From NCBI GenBank assembly GCA_964187785.1, contig OZ076409.1, positions 66,032,001-66,096,000 on the forward strand: a stretch of 64,000 bases of DNA, in the 5' to 3' direction. This document shows, in pieces, positions 27,006 to 38,586 of this stretch. Position 1 is the stretch's first letter, and every line of letters starts with the position of its first letter. The position numbers and the translations under genes are program-made. This DNA is from Amphiscolops sp. MND2022 (lineage: Eukaryota). The notes under the pieces are model-generated. The model was not told where the DNA came from and did not search any database. It saw only the letters and a program-made list of their open reading frames with translations.

Positions 27006-30000
27006 TTGTCTTCTTTCTCGACGGGATTTCCCTACCGGGGAGTGATTTGGTCTTCGGTAGTGCTAGCGCGGGTCCCCATACGCGAGAATTCGATTTTGGT
27101 CCCACTAGTTTATGTTCCTGTGGTTGTGCCTTGAGTCCTGGGTGCAGGTGTAGTGAATTGTTACATCAACTTGGAGCTGATAGAAGTATTCACTTGGGAA
27201 ACCAAAATCTGCATACGTTGTTCCAAAACCATTAAACCAAAACTAGTAACGTAGCTACCAGCAAAAGGAAACTGTGAGTCAGTTGGTTTTTACAACAGGC
27301 GCCTGAGTTACAAGTGATGAAGTCAGGAGTGTTGGATTGAGGAGTACGATTCAGGAAACTTGATAAGGGGGAAAGACAAGTTTTCCCAATCAGGAGACAT
27401 TTCCAGAAAAACTTCTTGGCACGCCTTCATAGCCTGTTTTCTCCAATTGATTAGATATTGGCGGTGGAAGAGTTTCGCCGCTATCTTCTTGCTGGGAAAT
27501 AGTGTTTTCATGAGAACTGGCGGCTAGGAAGCTGACAGCAGTCTCAGTAGGATGTCTGCTTGAATCCAAAGTTGCATGCTTCTACCATAAAAAGCTACCT
27601 TATCCTGTTAGTATCGACGAAAGCTCTTGGATCTTCTTGACAACCTGTTTGATGATCGGGAAAAGAATGATGCGGCGGATTTCCAGAAGGAAGTAACCGG
27701 GTCAGATCGACGTTGTAAACTGGAGTTTGAGCTGGGGGATTAGTATCGAGAATAGCTGAAATACATACGAAATCAGAAAATCTGGAAATCAGGACAGCCA
27801 AAAAGAATTGACTGTTTAAAATAGTGATAGCCTGATCAACGCTAACTTAAAACATACAGAACTAATTCGAAAGAATTGTTCACGACTTGAAACAGGAAAT
27901 CCGGAATTCAACCTGTGGATGGTTGGTGAAAGCTGAAATTTCGTCCAAAAATCTGAACAGGATATCCGAATATGCCTATGATGATTTAGTGAAGTCAAAA
28001 TTTCGGATGTTTTCATTCCATTTTTATAAAATGGTAGAAAGAAGTCTAGAATTACGGACCTTGTGTTGGCTGCTCATTTCTGTCTTGGCTGGGCTGTTTA
28101 TTTTCCATCTGGGTAAAGCAATCAAAGTACTGATAAGGAGAAATCTTCAAAGATAAAACGCAGAATAGAGGAACGAAATAAAATTGAAGATCGGACAATC
28201 TGTTAATGTCTGGAAGACGAAGGAATTGTGTTAATCAAAGGAGGTTGACGATGAAAAGGCGTAACTAATGAAAGGTTGTACGTAACTGTAATGTAAATGA
28301 GTATCTGAACTAAACAAAGTAGAGAAACTATTGAAATGCTGAAAGAAGATAGAAAAAAAAGAAAATGGAATTTTTTTGAAACTCCCGTACTCTAAAATTC
28401 TTGCAACAAATGACGATTACTATAAAAACTCGGAAAATTGAAGCGAAGATTTAAATGCAAACAGAAGAGCAACAACGAAAGCGTGGCAGTTAATGCAAAG
28501 GCAATAAACCAAAGTGCAGATGCCAGTTGCGCAAAGTTTGCGATCTATCTTGAACCTAATTTGTTGGGAAAGATGCATGAGACTTGGAATTATCTGCCAG
28601 TATGACCACGTTAATAATGCATATGTTGCCAGTAAACAAATTCAGCCCATGCGGCAGAATCTGTAAAGCAGCATAATACCATTATGCGGAAATCACAACG
28701 AAACATCATCTTGATGCAAAGCAGTATAATAGTTTGTACGGGGATTTATAGCCAACGAACCTATGAATTCAAGGTCAGATGCGGAATGTTTCGAAGAACG
28801 GCATGATGTCGTTATGCAAAATAGAACAAAAAACAGCATATAAAGACAGATTTTGCTCTAGAGCCCTTTTCCTTGCCTAGCCTGGACGACAGTTTCAGAA
28901 GAGCCCCTGCTGCTTTAATCGACATGCCGACAGCATTCATGGGAGCTGCAGGAGCGGCATTATTTACACGTAGTCACGAAATGGAAACCACCTTCGAACA
29001 TCACATTCAAACGAGGGGGCGACCATCGAGAACGATCTGATGGACCAATTAGATGGGATTTCAAACGTGTCTCCACTGTCGTTCATTGAGTCATCTGAAG
29101 ACGAGATGGATCCGCCCTACGGAGCAGAGTTTGCGAATGTAGATAGAAACTCCTGTGGGAGACCAGTGCAAAGAGTTTCGCTTAGCACAAGACAACAGCA
29201 GATGGTAAGACCGACGGTAATCAACACTTATGTGAAACCAGCGCCTTCACAGCAGCTATACCATGTCGCAAAGAGTTCAGGAGCCGATTAGACTTTCATT
29301 GCCGCCAGCTAATTACCTTCCTATGTCTTTGCTATTTTATCCAAATAGTTAAATTAACCGTAACTCCAATCCGAATGAACATAGAAACCAGATGCCAACG
29401 GATCAGCAAGGATTTCTACATAGTAGAACCCACTATGCCCAGCCAGTGCTACAGATGAAACTTTTAGTTATGCCAGAGTTGTCTGGTTACCGTGCTGGCT
29501 GTAATAAAACTTACGATCAAATTGCAGTTGAAACTCTGACCCATTACTTGGCATGGTCAGAATACCGAGACGAGTCAATTCGTAACCGGATTGTAAGATC
29601 GCATTGTAGATGGATTTTGAGGCGGCGTTGATATGCATCAAAAATGTTGGACTGTCGCCGGGTTACCCGTACGAGACCTCCGGGGTGCAACATGGGTGAA
29701 GCAAACACCGCCACTTGCAGCTATTAGGATCAACAACTTAGACAAAGAGGAAAGAATGATAAACAATTAAAACTTTGTGATCAATTCGAAACATTTTTGT
29801 TCTTCTGTTCTTTCAAAATGTTACCGTTGATCTATTTGTTTCAATCTGAACGATGGTAATTATTGTTATAGATTCTTTCACCCAGAAGGTGCGTTGATCA
29901 ATTGAAACAATCAAAAGAGTAACGTTTCTGTTACCTGATCTAAAACTGAACCCCTATTTTTACTACCATCAATGTATTAGTCAGTCTATATGATATGTAT

Positions 30001-30129
30001 ATGCAAGATGCTTTGAAAACAACCATAAGTAGATTGTTCGAAAGCAGTACGATGATCCAACTAAAAAGCATCATAATACATTCACACGTGCTCGTGAATA
30101 CAAATTATACTGTTTTTTGCGGTTTGTAT

Positions 30130-30500
30130 AATACAGCATATGCGGTACTATTAACAAAACAGCACAATGATCGCGTACGTACTGAGGTTTATGGTTTATA
30201 CTATGTTATGAGGTATTATTGACGAAACAGCATAATGATTACTCATACACTGATGCTTATGCTTTGTACTGTACTATGCGGTATTAGCAATAGAACAGCG
30301 TATGTGGTAACTCCGCAAGAACAGCATGCCGTTCGGACTTAGAAACAGCATATGCGGAAATCCCTTGGAAACAGCATATGCGGAACTTTGGCAGAAACAG
30401 CATAATGTTATCACTTGAAAACAGCATCAATACTTGTACAGCGTTGCTAGCACATTATACTGCATTATGCGGGTTTCATGAAGCAGCATATGCAGGATTA
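30130..30500 (+). repeat. Degenerate minisatellite-like cluster of AACAGCAT(ATGCGG) motifs
   Basis: About ten AACAGCAT-like copies, ~26-bp spacing at 30290-30430. Related motifs occur at 28640-28845. Confidence 0.6.
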
Positions 30501-31339
30501 TGATGATAATCCAGCAAAATTTGCAAAATATTTTATAGTGATTAGCAATTGCTACTGGTCTATGTTTAGACCTTGTAGGGATGTGATGTAAAGAATAATT
30601 TTTATTCTGACCCTTGAAACATGACGTTATGATGATTAAGTAACAATGGTGGTCATGCTACTAAAAAATAACACTCAATAAGATCACTTGAGAAGAGACC
30701 CTCTTTGTCAGTTTTCCATCACAATCATTCGAAAAAAGACCTCCACACAATACAGTCACTCACTTTGTCAAACAACCCCATAATTCCCAATCTTTGCAGT
30801 ATTTTTTCTGTAAAGATAACTCCTACAATTTCGTTTCAATCGATTCCTTTGAAATTCAAAGATTTACGCACACAACTTTGCTTTTTATCATGGGAGACAA
30901 AAAAAACAGACGATTAAGGAGAGTAAAAACAATAAAAGAAGCAAAGTACTGAATAATCTTCACATTAGCTTGAGTGTTGTGATAAACTTATTATATAGAT
31001 ATGGCAATGATCCGAATATAAGACAACTGGACAACCTCCTTGACGCTTTTTTTATTGGTTTGTCGCAATAAGAACTATCACAACTCGCAGTGATAATTCC
31101 GTTGATAATTCATTTTTTCAATTCAAGGTTTTGTTTCAAACACTCATTGCTTGACAGTGGTGGTTGTTTTTCGGTGAGATTGACACACACTCAAATGTGG
31201 TATTCCTGCAAATGGTTAGGTTTCGAGGTTGAGCTTCGATGGAAAACAACGGAACGTACGATGCTTTCGAGTGTCTGAAGCACTCATGGTTGATAGAATA
31301 GAAAGGGTAAATTAAAGGCTTTGCAACGGATGGATCCAT

Positions 31340-33729
31340 ATAAAATGCGTCAATTTATCAAGCATGGAGGCCCGGAGCCTTGCCGAATTTAATTGTTGGA
31401 GGTGCTCTTTAGTGAACACCTTCATCCAGTGTCTTGCTGATAACTTTAGACCAGACACCTTTTTTAATTCAAGCGTCGTTCACTTGAAAAAAGTTCCTAG
31501 AAATTCACGGATCCCCCAAGCTGAAAACTTGATAAATTATTACTGAAATTTGCGAAACCCCATCAAATGTTTCCTTGTGGTGCTTATTGCTCGCGTCTTC
31601 AAGCTGTTTTTGGAAAGAAAGCACCTCGAGGAGGTAAATGTCAGAGGTCATCACTCAGTGTAATTATCAACAAGCGTGTTTTGGATGGTGTCATTGAGAA
31701 AAACCCGACTATTTGCACTAAACAAGACGAAGGCCGAATCAGAATGGCGAAGACAAGATTGCAGATTTCACGGTCGACAACTACGCAACCCTCAACTTGA
31801 AACATCCGCAGAAACAAAGTTGCTCTATTCCATACACAGATTTTGATCGTTTTCCACACTCGGAGTTTTTCATCCAAAAGGCCCTCATGTCCTTCCCCAA
31901 CGGATCATGTGCATATTTGGATGACATTTCGCCCTAAACTTTGAAAGACCTGATTGCCGTGTCGAATGAGCAAACTGGACTGAACGTTCTCAGACCCTTA
32001 CCAAATTTTGTTGATGTGATTCTCCAAGAAAAAGTACCTTTCGAACTTCGACCGTACTTCTTTGGTGCGAAACTATTTGCGCTTGAAAAGCCCGATGGAG
32101 GACTTTGTCCAGTTGCTTAAGGCAATAATTTCCGCCAGTTGTCCGCAAAATGTGCCGGTTACCATAACTTCGATTCAAGTCAAGAAAAGATACGGAAGTC
32201 GACAAGTAGTGTAGGTACCAAATGTGGCATTGAATTGGCCTCACATGTTTTCCGTTGTCTGATAAAACGCTTCAGCCCAAAGAAATCGTAATCTTGAAAA
32301 TTGACTTCGAAAACGTTTTCAATTCGATAAACCCGACAATTCATGCTCGACAAAAACTTTTGAAATACAACCTGAAGATTACAAGTATTCACACGCAGCG
32401 TACACTCACAGCCTTTTATACGGCAATTCAGTGATCAAATCTTGTGAAGGGACCCAGCAAGGAGATGCTGAGTATCCAGTGTTTTTGCGGATTCCATTCA
32501 GGATCTAATTGCCAGTTTGAAGTCGAAAATAAGTTTATGGTACCTCGATGATGGAAATTTGAGTGACGATTACAGAACAGTTCTGAAGATCTCAAAAGTA
32601 TTGTTGAAGCGGAAAAAAACGATAAGAGTCCAATTAAATCCTTGAAATGCAATTTTTTTTACTTGATGACATCACTGAAAACCACGATCTTGCCGCAAAA
32701 TCGGCCCCAGGATTAAAATACCAAAGAAAAATGTATTTGTCATTCTTGGTCCAACGCTCGCTCTGAAGTCGAAAACAGATTTATTGGAAAAGAAAAACAC
32801 CTAATTGGAAACGTTAATTGAATTGTTCAAAAACTGGATGCGCATAATGTTTTTTTAATGTTGAACAATTGCTTCAGTCTTCAACAATACATGTTTTAAT
32901 CATCCAGCTCTCTAGGAATACTTTGACAAAACCGTACCTGACGGGCTTTCCGAAGTGTGAAACGTGAATTTCGAGTATTTTGAGTACTCAGCTGGCTCTG
33001 AGCGTTCTAATGGGCTGTCTTGGAGTTTCTTCTGCATCATTTGTAGCACTTTCTGCTTTTTTGACCTTAGTTTTTAGTGAAAGTGACTTCTCTCACGACA
33101 ATTTTCTTGGAAACCTTCCAGGATGTGTTGTTAACAAAAGCGCTTGAGAAATGGTTTAGTTTGACGAATGAACAGGAAAGTTCGCTCGACGGAATTTAGA
33201 AAAATTTGATGCAACCTGTCTATTTCAAAACCGCCCAAGACTTTGAATTTTATCAACACTCATCAGATTCGGGTCTCAATGGCTGAACGTCGTGCATTGT
33301 AAGAACCTAGGCAAGAAACTTGATAATCAGCAACTTCGGATTTCAGTTGGTTTACGTCTCGGAGCCAACATTTGTGTTGCGCATACGTGCCACTGTGGTA
33401 AAAGAGTTGAACGGGACGGTTTACACGGTCTTTCTTGCACCAAGAGTGCTGGTCGCTTCTCACGTCATGCTACTCTCAATTCTCTCATAAAGCAGACGTT
33501 GGGACCTCTCGACGGTGTTACTATGATTCCTTGGGAAATGGGTAAACAGCAGGTGCGGGATGTCACGGTTGTGGACGCTCTTGCACCCAGTCGCCTGAAT
33601 CAAGGCTCTTTTTGTAACCCGGGAACCACCGCCACCGAGGCTGAAGCGCGTTAAATTAGGAAGTATTGCGAATTAATAGACAATGGATACATTTTTCAAC
33701 CGGTGGCCTTGGAAGTACAGGTTTCTTTA
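31340..33729 (+). mobile_element. CRE-like non-LTR retrotransposon (RT + restriction-like endonuclease), 5' part, pseudogenised
   Basis: RPYFFGAKLFALEKPDGGLCPVA, LKIDFENVFNSI, GTQQGD (~32450), WYLDDG (~32540), HTCHCG..DGLHGLSC..RH zinc motif, DGVTMIPW..DVTVVD, YIFQPVALE. Confidence 0.85.
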
Positions 33730-33860
33730 GGGTGGGCGAAAATAGGTCGAAGGAACGGGATCGAAAATCAGAATTAGTCCTCAGGTCGACATACCAAATT
33801 TTTGAATGGGATCGAAACAATTCGGATCGAAATTTTCATGACGTAGTCAGATATGTTCAC

Positions 33861-34008
33861 TGTCGTGGGGGAAAACACTACTTGCAGGAAGTTTCTATTC
33901 GATAAGCATTCATCTGAAGTATACATACAACAATTAGGTTAACATAAATAACACAACGACATTATATAACAGTATTAATAACTACATATATATATTACAT
34001 TCAAAACA
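33861..34008 (-). repeat. 3' LTR
   Basis: Direct repeat of 38439-38586, preceded on the minus strand by a polypurine tract. Confidence 0.95.
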
Positions 34009-34030
34009 CTCCTTCCCGCTTCGAAAGTCT

Positions 34031-35140
34031 CTAGTTCATAGCCGACACAAAGTCGCTTAGGTATGTAGGAGGTTTCATGTTCCTAGCCGAGCGTCGCAAG
34101 GTGGCAGCGGGAGAGTCCGGGCTGAATTGAGATTCCTTTATTGGTTCCACAGATTTACGTGGTTCACCTTCGGTTCTGATGTCAGGACCCGATGTTCTGA
34201 TGTCTACATCGGTCTCCTTGTCTTTGTATTGACCTGCTGGTTGTGAGGTCGTTCCTTCATTGTCAATATCCGGCGGTCGTCGAGAGAGGTCACTTGTAGA
34301 AACAGTGTCAGCTCGCCCATCGCCAAAGGAGACTCGTGCAAGGTGAGGGGAGATGACTTCGGATATCTGTACAGGCACAACGGGAGCTTGGTCTTTCGCC
34401 CTTACAAATTTCCGGAGGTACGCGGGAGCGTCTGCTCTGAGCCAAGGTGCGCTACTGGAGGGACGGATCAGCGGCTCGCCGCGTTTGAAACAGAAGAAGC
34501 GATCATGAGGGCTCTCCTTGGTTACGGTATTGATAAGTGTCCGAATCGACAAGAGCGCTGATGGTAGGACACTTTCCCAGTCAGTTAGTGGGCGGTTTGT
34601 GGAGTGTAGCAGGCACTGAACTGCTTTCCACACAATTCCGTTGTAGCGCTCGTTTTGGCCATTGCCCTGGGGGTGGTAGGGCGTAGTTTTGGAGGTCGCA
34701 ACTCTATTTTGGCGGCAGAAGTTTTGGAATTCCGATGAGACGAACTGTGTGCCCCGGTCAGAGTGAATGAACCCAGGTGTTCCGAAGATGGCAAAAAGTG
34801 TTGAAAGACACTTGATGACGCTACTAGACGTGATGTTCTGGAGAGGGAAGGCGAAGGGAAACCTGCTAAACTCATCCACCACTGTGAGAAGCTATTGGTT
34901 TTTGGTTCTAGTCATTAGTTTGGGGCCAACAATGTCGATTGATAGTCGCTCCCAAGGTTTGGAGGATCGAATAAGATCGCTGCCGGGGGGTCGCAAAAAG
35001 CGCGGTTTCCATAGAACGCACGTTTTGCAGTTTTCGGTAACCTTTTTGCCTCATCTAAAGATATTGGAACTTTGTGTCTTTGAATGTATTCGTACAGTCG
35101 GGTCACTCCTGGATGTGCAAGTGTTTCGTGTAGGGTTTTA
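34031..35140 (-). pseudogene. Integrase (frameshift near 35045, stop near 34895)
   Basis: HETLAH...CKTC zinc finger across the frameshift; SIDIVGP, VVDEFSRF, IHSDRGTQF, GNGQNER. Confidence 0.9.
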
Positions 35141-36714
35141 CAGTTGGGCTGTAGGGACGCTAATCGAGACAGGGCGTCAGCTGACACGTTCTGACAACCT
35201 CTCTGGTAGCCTATCTCGAAGTTGTATTCCGAAAGTTCCAGGCGCCAGCGAATCAGTTTGTCATTCTTCACTCTGGAAGAGTTGGGTACAAATATGAAGG
35301 AGAGGGCCTTTTGATCGGTGCGAACTAGAACCCGTGACGTCCGTAACAGGTCTGAGAAACGGAGGAAGCCTTCCAAGATAGCCATAGCTTCCCGTTCAAC
35401 CACCGAGTACGCCATTTCGCTATGTTTAAGAGTTCTCGAGAAGAAACCGACAGGTTTGTCGTTTTGAGTGAGTGTCACTCCGATACCGGTCCCGGATGCA
35501 TCGGTTTGGAGAACGAGAGGCTCGTTTGCCCGGGGCAGCCAAAGTACGGCAGAGGTAACTTCTTTCTTGAGAGTTGCGATAGCCAGCCGAGAAGCTTGAT
35601 TGAGCGGAAAGGCCAGTTGTTTCTGTGTTGCGAGCAGGGTAGCAACCTTATTTGAGTAGTCTGCAATCCACTTTGCGTTGTATGCAAAGAACCCAAGAAG
35701 GCGTTTCAACTGTGACGAGTTTTCGGGGATAGGGAAATCCATCAGTGTCTTGATTTGGCTCGGATCGGGGCGTTTAGAGCCAGCTCCCACGATGTGACCG
35801 AGCATTGGTACTGTCTTACAGCCAAAAACGCACTTAGCTTTGTTCAGTGTCAGACCCTCAATCTCGGCCGCTTTCAGGAAGTTCTTCAGATTTTCTTGGT
35901 GTTCCTCCTCGGATCTGCCTCCGATGATCACATCGTCAAGATATGGGTGCGTTCGCTTCAGGTTGTGCCGGCGTACAAAGGCTGTCATTTCTCGTTGAAA
36001 TGCGGCTACAGCGTTCGTGACGCCAAAGGGAAGTCTTGTGAACTCAAAAAGTCGTCCGTTCACTTCAAACGCGGTGAATGACATGTCCTTGCGATGGAGG
36101 GGGATTTGATGATACGCAGACTTCAAGTCGATTTTCGAAAAAGTAGTGTTCTTGGCTGCTTGGTCAAGCAGGTCTTGCATATTTGGAAAGGGGAAGGCGT
36201 CTTTGGACGTATGACGATTAATTGTCTGAGAATAGTCGATCACCATCTGTGGCTTGGGTCCGTCCCTAACGACAAAGGCTTGAGCCCGCCAGGGAGACGT
36301 GGAAACTTTGATTATGCCTTCAGCGAGCATTCGGTTAACTTCTGACTCCATGAAGGCGACGTCTTGTGGTTTGTGACGACGCGATTTTGTAGCAATCAGT
36401 TTGGCACTATAAACTGTTTTGGAAAGTATGGTCGGAGGGGCAATTTTCATCGCCGGGAACTCCAATTCCTTGAGCCCGGCAGATATAACCGTCTCTGGTC
36501 GATCACCGCCGAATTCCAGTCTCACAGAGTGATGTTGTCGGAGAACGTCAAGCCCGAAATTAACATCCGCAACGAGGGGTTTTGCGACAGTGAAGAGAAC
36601 TTGGTAGGTCTTTTGGTTTACCTCAATTTTAGCTTTAGCGGTGCCTGACGTAATCAGAGAGTCGCCATTTGCCAAGGCAGTGACCTTCGCTTCGCGCGGA
36701 CATTCAGGTCTCAT
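34915..36714 (-). CDS. pol: protease C-half, reverse transcriptase, RNase H
   Basis: SPWRAQAFVV, KIDLKSAYHQI, LPFGVTNA, YLDD, LQTDASG, EREAMA, RTDQKAL, NVSADALSR. Disconnected from gag by two TGA codons and a frameshift at ~36690-36730. Confidence 0.9.
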   Translation of the reverse strand: MRPECPREAKVTALANGDSLITSGTAKAKIEVNQKTYQVLFTVAKPLVADVNFGLDVLRQHHSVRLEFGGDRPETVISAGLKELEFPAMKIAPPTILSKTVYSAKLIATKSRRHKPQDVAFMESEVNRMLAEGIIKVSTSPWRAQAFVVRDGPKPQMVIDYSQTINRHTSKDAFPFPNMQDLLDQAAKNTTFSKIDLKSAYHQIPLHRKDMSFTAFEVNGRLFEFTRLPFGVTNAVAAFQREMTAFVRRHNLKRTHPYLDDVIIGGRSEEEHQENLKNFLKAAEIEGLTLNKAKCVFGCKTVPMLGHIVGAGSKRPDPSQIKTLMDFPIPENSSQLKRLLGFFAYNAKWIADYSNKVATLLATQKQLAFPLNQASRLAIATLKKEVTSAVLWLPRANEPLVLQTDASGTGIGVTLTQNDKPVGFFSRTLKHSEMAYSVVEREAMAILEGFLRFSDLLRTSRVLVRTDQKALSFIFVPNSSRVKNDKLIRWRLELSEYNFEIGYQRGCQNVSADALSRLASLQPNCKTLHETLAHPGVTRLYEYIQRHKVPISLDEAKRLPKTAKRAFYGNRAFCDPPAAILFDPPNLGSDYQSTLLAPN

Positions 36715-36725
36715 TTGGCAGCTGT

Positions 36726-37643
36726 TCAGGCGCTGATAAAGGAGCCCGTGGATCCGGTATCAATCATTGCTTGAACTTGTTCATTTCTTCCGGCAAATTT
36801 GAGGCTGACATTCAGAGTGGCACGGGATATGCCAGTACTGCACAAAACGGCGGCAGTCTCGGGTTCATCATCAGATGAATGTTGTAAGACAGCAGCGGTC
36901 GATCTACATTCCGAAGCCCAGTGTCCTGCTTTCGAGCATTTGTGACAAGTGTCCTTTTTGGCTGGGCACTTTGAGCGTGGATGCTGTTTTAGACCGCAGA
37001 ACTGACAGCGTGGACGAGGCTTGTTCGAAACCTGTTGGGCAGCGGAGTTGCCGGGCCGATCAGGTTGCCGTCGAGTTGTCTGGGAGAACGGCTTGGTTGC
37101 TGCTACAGTTGAAGATTCGGCACTTCTGAAAGATTTGGAAAAGTCACTGGATAGTTCGATAGCACAAGCAAGCGATATGCAGCTGTCAATGTCGGCCTTG
37201 GAGTCTTCCAGTTCCAATAGTTTTGCCCGAATGTCGTCAGACCTGAGACCTGATATTAAAGCGTCTCGTACTAGATAGTCTTTATGTGCTTGGACGGTCA
37301 AGCTGGTGCATTCGCAGTCTTCAACAAGACGTTTCAGCCTTCCTGAAAATTGTACGATAGATTCGTCGTCCTTTTGACTGGCACTGAGCTTTTGATGACG
37401 GGCAAAGAGAACACTCGTGGGCTTCAGAAACTGTCTGTCCAATGTTCTCAGGGCGTCTGCAAACGTTGCAGAGCTTTCGAGGAGAGTGAAATAGTCGGAG
37501 CTGACAAATGTACGAAGAAAAACTAATTTTTCAGCATCTTCGGTTGTGCCATTGATGCGTAAGCCGTCCTCGAAACATTTCTTCCACCATTTCCATTTCT
37601 CGGGAGAAGGATTTGATGGCAAGTCGGGTAGTTTGAACTTCAT
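36726..37643 (-). CDS. gag with two CCHC knuckles plus protease active site
   Basis: CQFCGLKQHPRSKC and CHKCSKAGHWASEC; AMIDTGSTGSFIS. Confidence 0.92.
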   Translation of the reverse strand: MKFKLPDLPSNPSPEKWKWWKKCFEDGLRINGTTEDAEKLVFLRTFVSSDYFTLLESSATFADALRTLDRQFLKPTSVLFARHQKLSASQKDDESIVQFSGRLKRLVEDCECTSLTVQAHKDYLVRDALISGLRSDDIRAKLLELEDSKADIDSCISLACAIELSSDFSKSFRSAESSTVAATKPFSQTTRRQPDRPGNSAAQQVSNKPRPRCQFCGLKQHPRSKCPAKKDTCHKCSKAGHWASECRSTAAVLQHSSDDEPETAAVLCSTGISRATLNVSLKFAGRNEQVQAMIDTGSTGSFISA

Positions 37644-37679
37644 GGGCGTTAGAAGAGGGAATACAGCGCATAGACAATT

Positions 37680-37805
37680 GCTACGAGGAACTTAAGAAAG
37701 TACCGTTGTAGCAGAATCAGGCGATAGCTACGAGGAACTTAAGGAAGTACCGTAGTAGCGGAATGGTCGATAGCTACGAGGAACTTAAAGAAGTACCGTA
37801 GTAGC
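37680..37805 (-). repeat. Three tandem 33-bp hairpin-forming repeats between ORF0 and gag
   Basis: GCTACGAGGAACTTAARRAAGTACCGTWGTAGC at 37680-37712, 37727-37759 and 37773-37805; linkers of 14 and 13 bp. Confidence 0.9.
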
Positions 37806-37852
37806 TTAAACAGGAAAGTCGCTTACCTGAAGACAAGTCCAGCTTACGTGAC

Positions 37853-38419
37853 TTAGCGCGGGCAGGCGCAATGACCTCGAGGGCACTCGTATGTTCGGGG
37901 GTGACCTTGTTTGTCGATCTGGGGGCAGAAGGCTTTCCGAAGTACTCGGTTCTTCAAGATGGACGGAATTCCACTAATGGCCATAGGCTCTAGGTGGATG
38001 TCGTCTAGGGTAGTGTGTTTTTCGACGCAGTAAATGCTTCGAGATATGCCTCTGTAAAGCCAACGGCGATCGTTGTTGTCTTCTAGGAGTCGATTCAAGG
38101 CTTTGGCCTGGTCAGGAATGTTTAGCCGAGGAGGAACCGCGATAACGAAGACTCTGAGTGCAACTTCAGATGCTGCTACGGCAAGGTCAGAGATGTTCCT
38201 GGCAACAGTTCGAGTGGTGTCGGTTGGTAAGTCGTTGCCTCCGATGAAGAATACAATCAGATCAAACCGACCTTTCGCAGGTAAGAAAGGTCTCACGTCT
38301 CCAACTCGGGCACATGGTAGGACGAGAATATTGAAGTTAGGGAACGACAGGTTCCTTCCTTGTGAATCAGTAATAATCAGGTTACGAGTGGGTGAGGTCT
38401 TGAAGAGGTGATAACGCAT
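37853..38419 (-). CDS. ORF0: SGNH/GDSL hydrolase-fold protein inside the LTR element, upstream of gag
   Basis: Open 188-aa ATG ORF; block I LIITDS19, block II LPCA, block III FIGGN62DL, block V D139DIH142L; Cys/His-rich C-terminus. Confidence 0.8.
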   Translation of the reverse strand: MRYHLFKTSPTRNLIITDSQGRNLSFPNFNILVLPCARVGDVRPFLPAKGRFDLIVFFIGGNDLPTDTTRTVARNISDLAVAASEVALRVFVIAVPPRLNIPDQAKALNRLLEDNNDRRWLYRGISRSIYCVEKHTTLDDIHLEPMAISGIPSILKNRVLRKAFCPQIDKQGHPRTYECPRGHCACPR

Positions 38420-38438
38420 GAAGATTATCGAATAGAAT

Positions 38439-38586
38439 TGTCGTGGGGGAAAACACTACTTGCAGGAAGTTTCTATTCGATAAGCATTCATCTGAAGTAT
38501 ACATACAACAATTAGGTTAACTTAAATAACACAAAGACATTATATAACAGTAATTATAACTACATATGTATATTACATTCATAACA
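38439..38586 (-). repeat. 5' LTR
   Basis: Direct repeat of 33861-34008; TATTTAAG at 38521-38528 (minus strand) about 30 nt upstream of an Inr-like TTCAGAT. Confidence 0.95.

Larger units (their letters stand above)
33861..38586 (-). mobile_element. Structurally complete Ty3/Gypsy (Mag-like) LTR retrotransposon, 4726 bp
   Basis: 148-bp TG...CA LTRs at 33861-34008 and 38439-38586 (~6 differences); 5-bp TSD TTCAC (33856-60, 38587-91); PPT GCGGGAAGGAG next to the 3' LTR; gag-PR-RT-RH-IN order. Confidence 0.97.

Noticed and set aside
34343..37278. Plus-strand ORFs opposite gag-pol
   Set aside because: Antisense shadows of the retrotransposon coding strand, with no motifs.
37680..37805. CRISPR-like appearance of 33-bp palindromic repeats with spacers
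   Set aside because: Linkers are only 13-14 bp and similar to each other, there are no cas genes, and the context is a eukaryotic retrotransposon.
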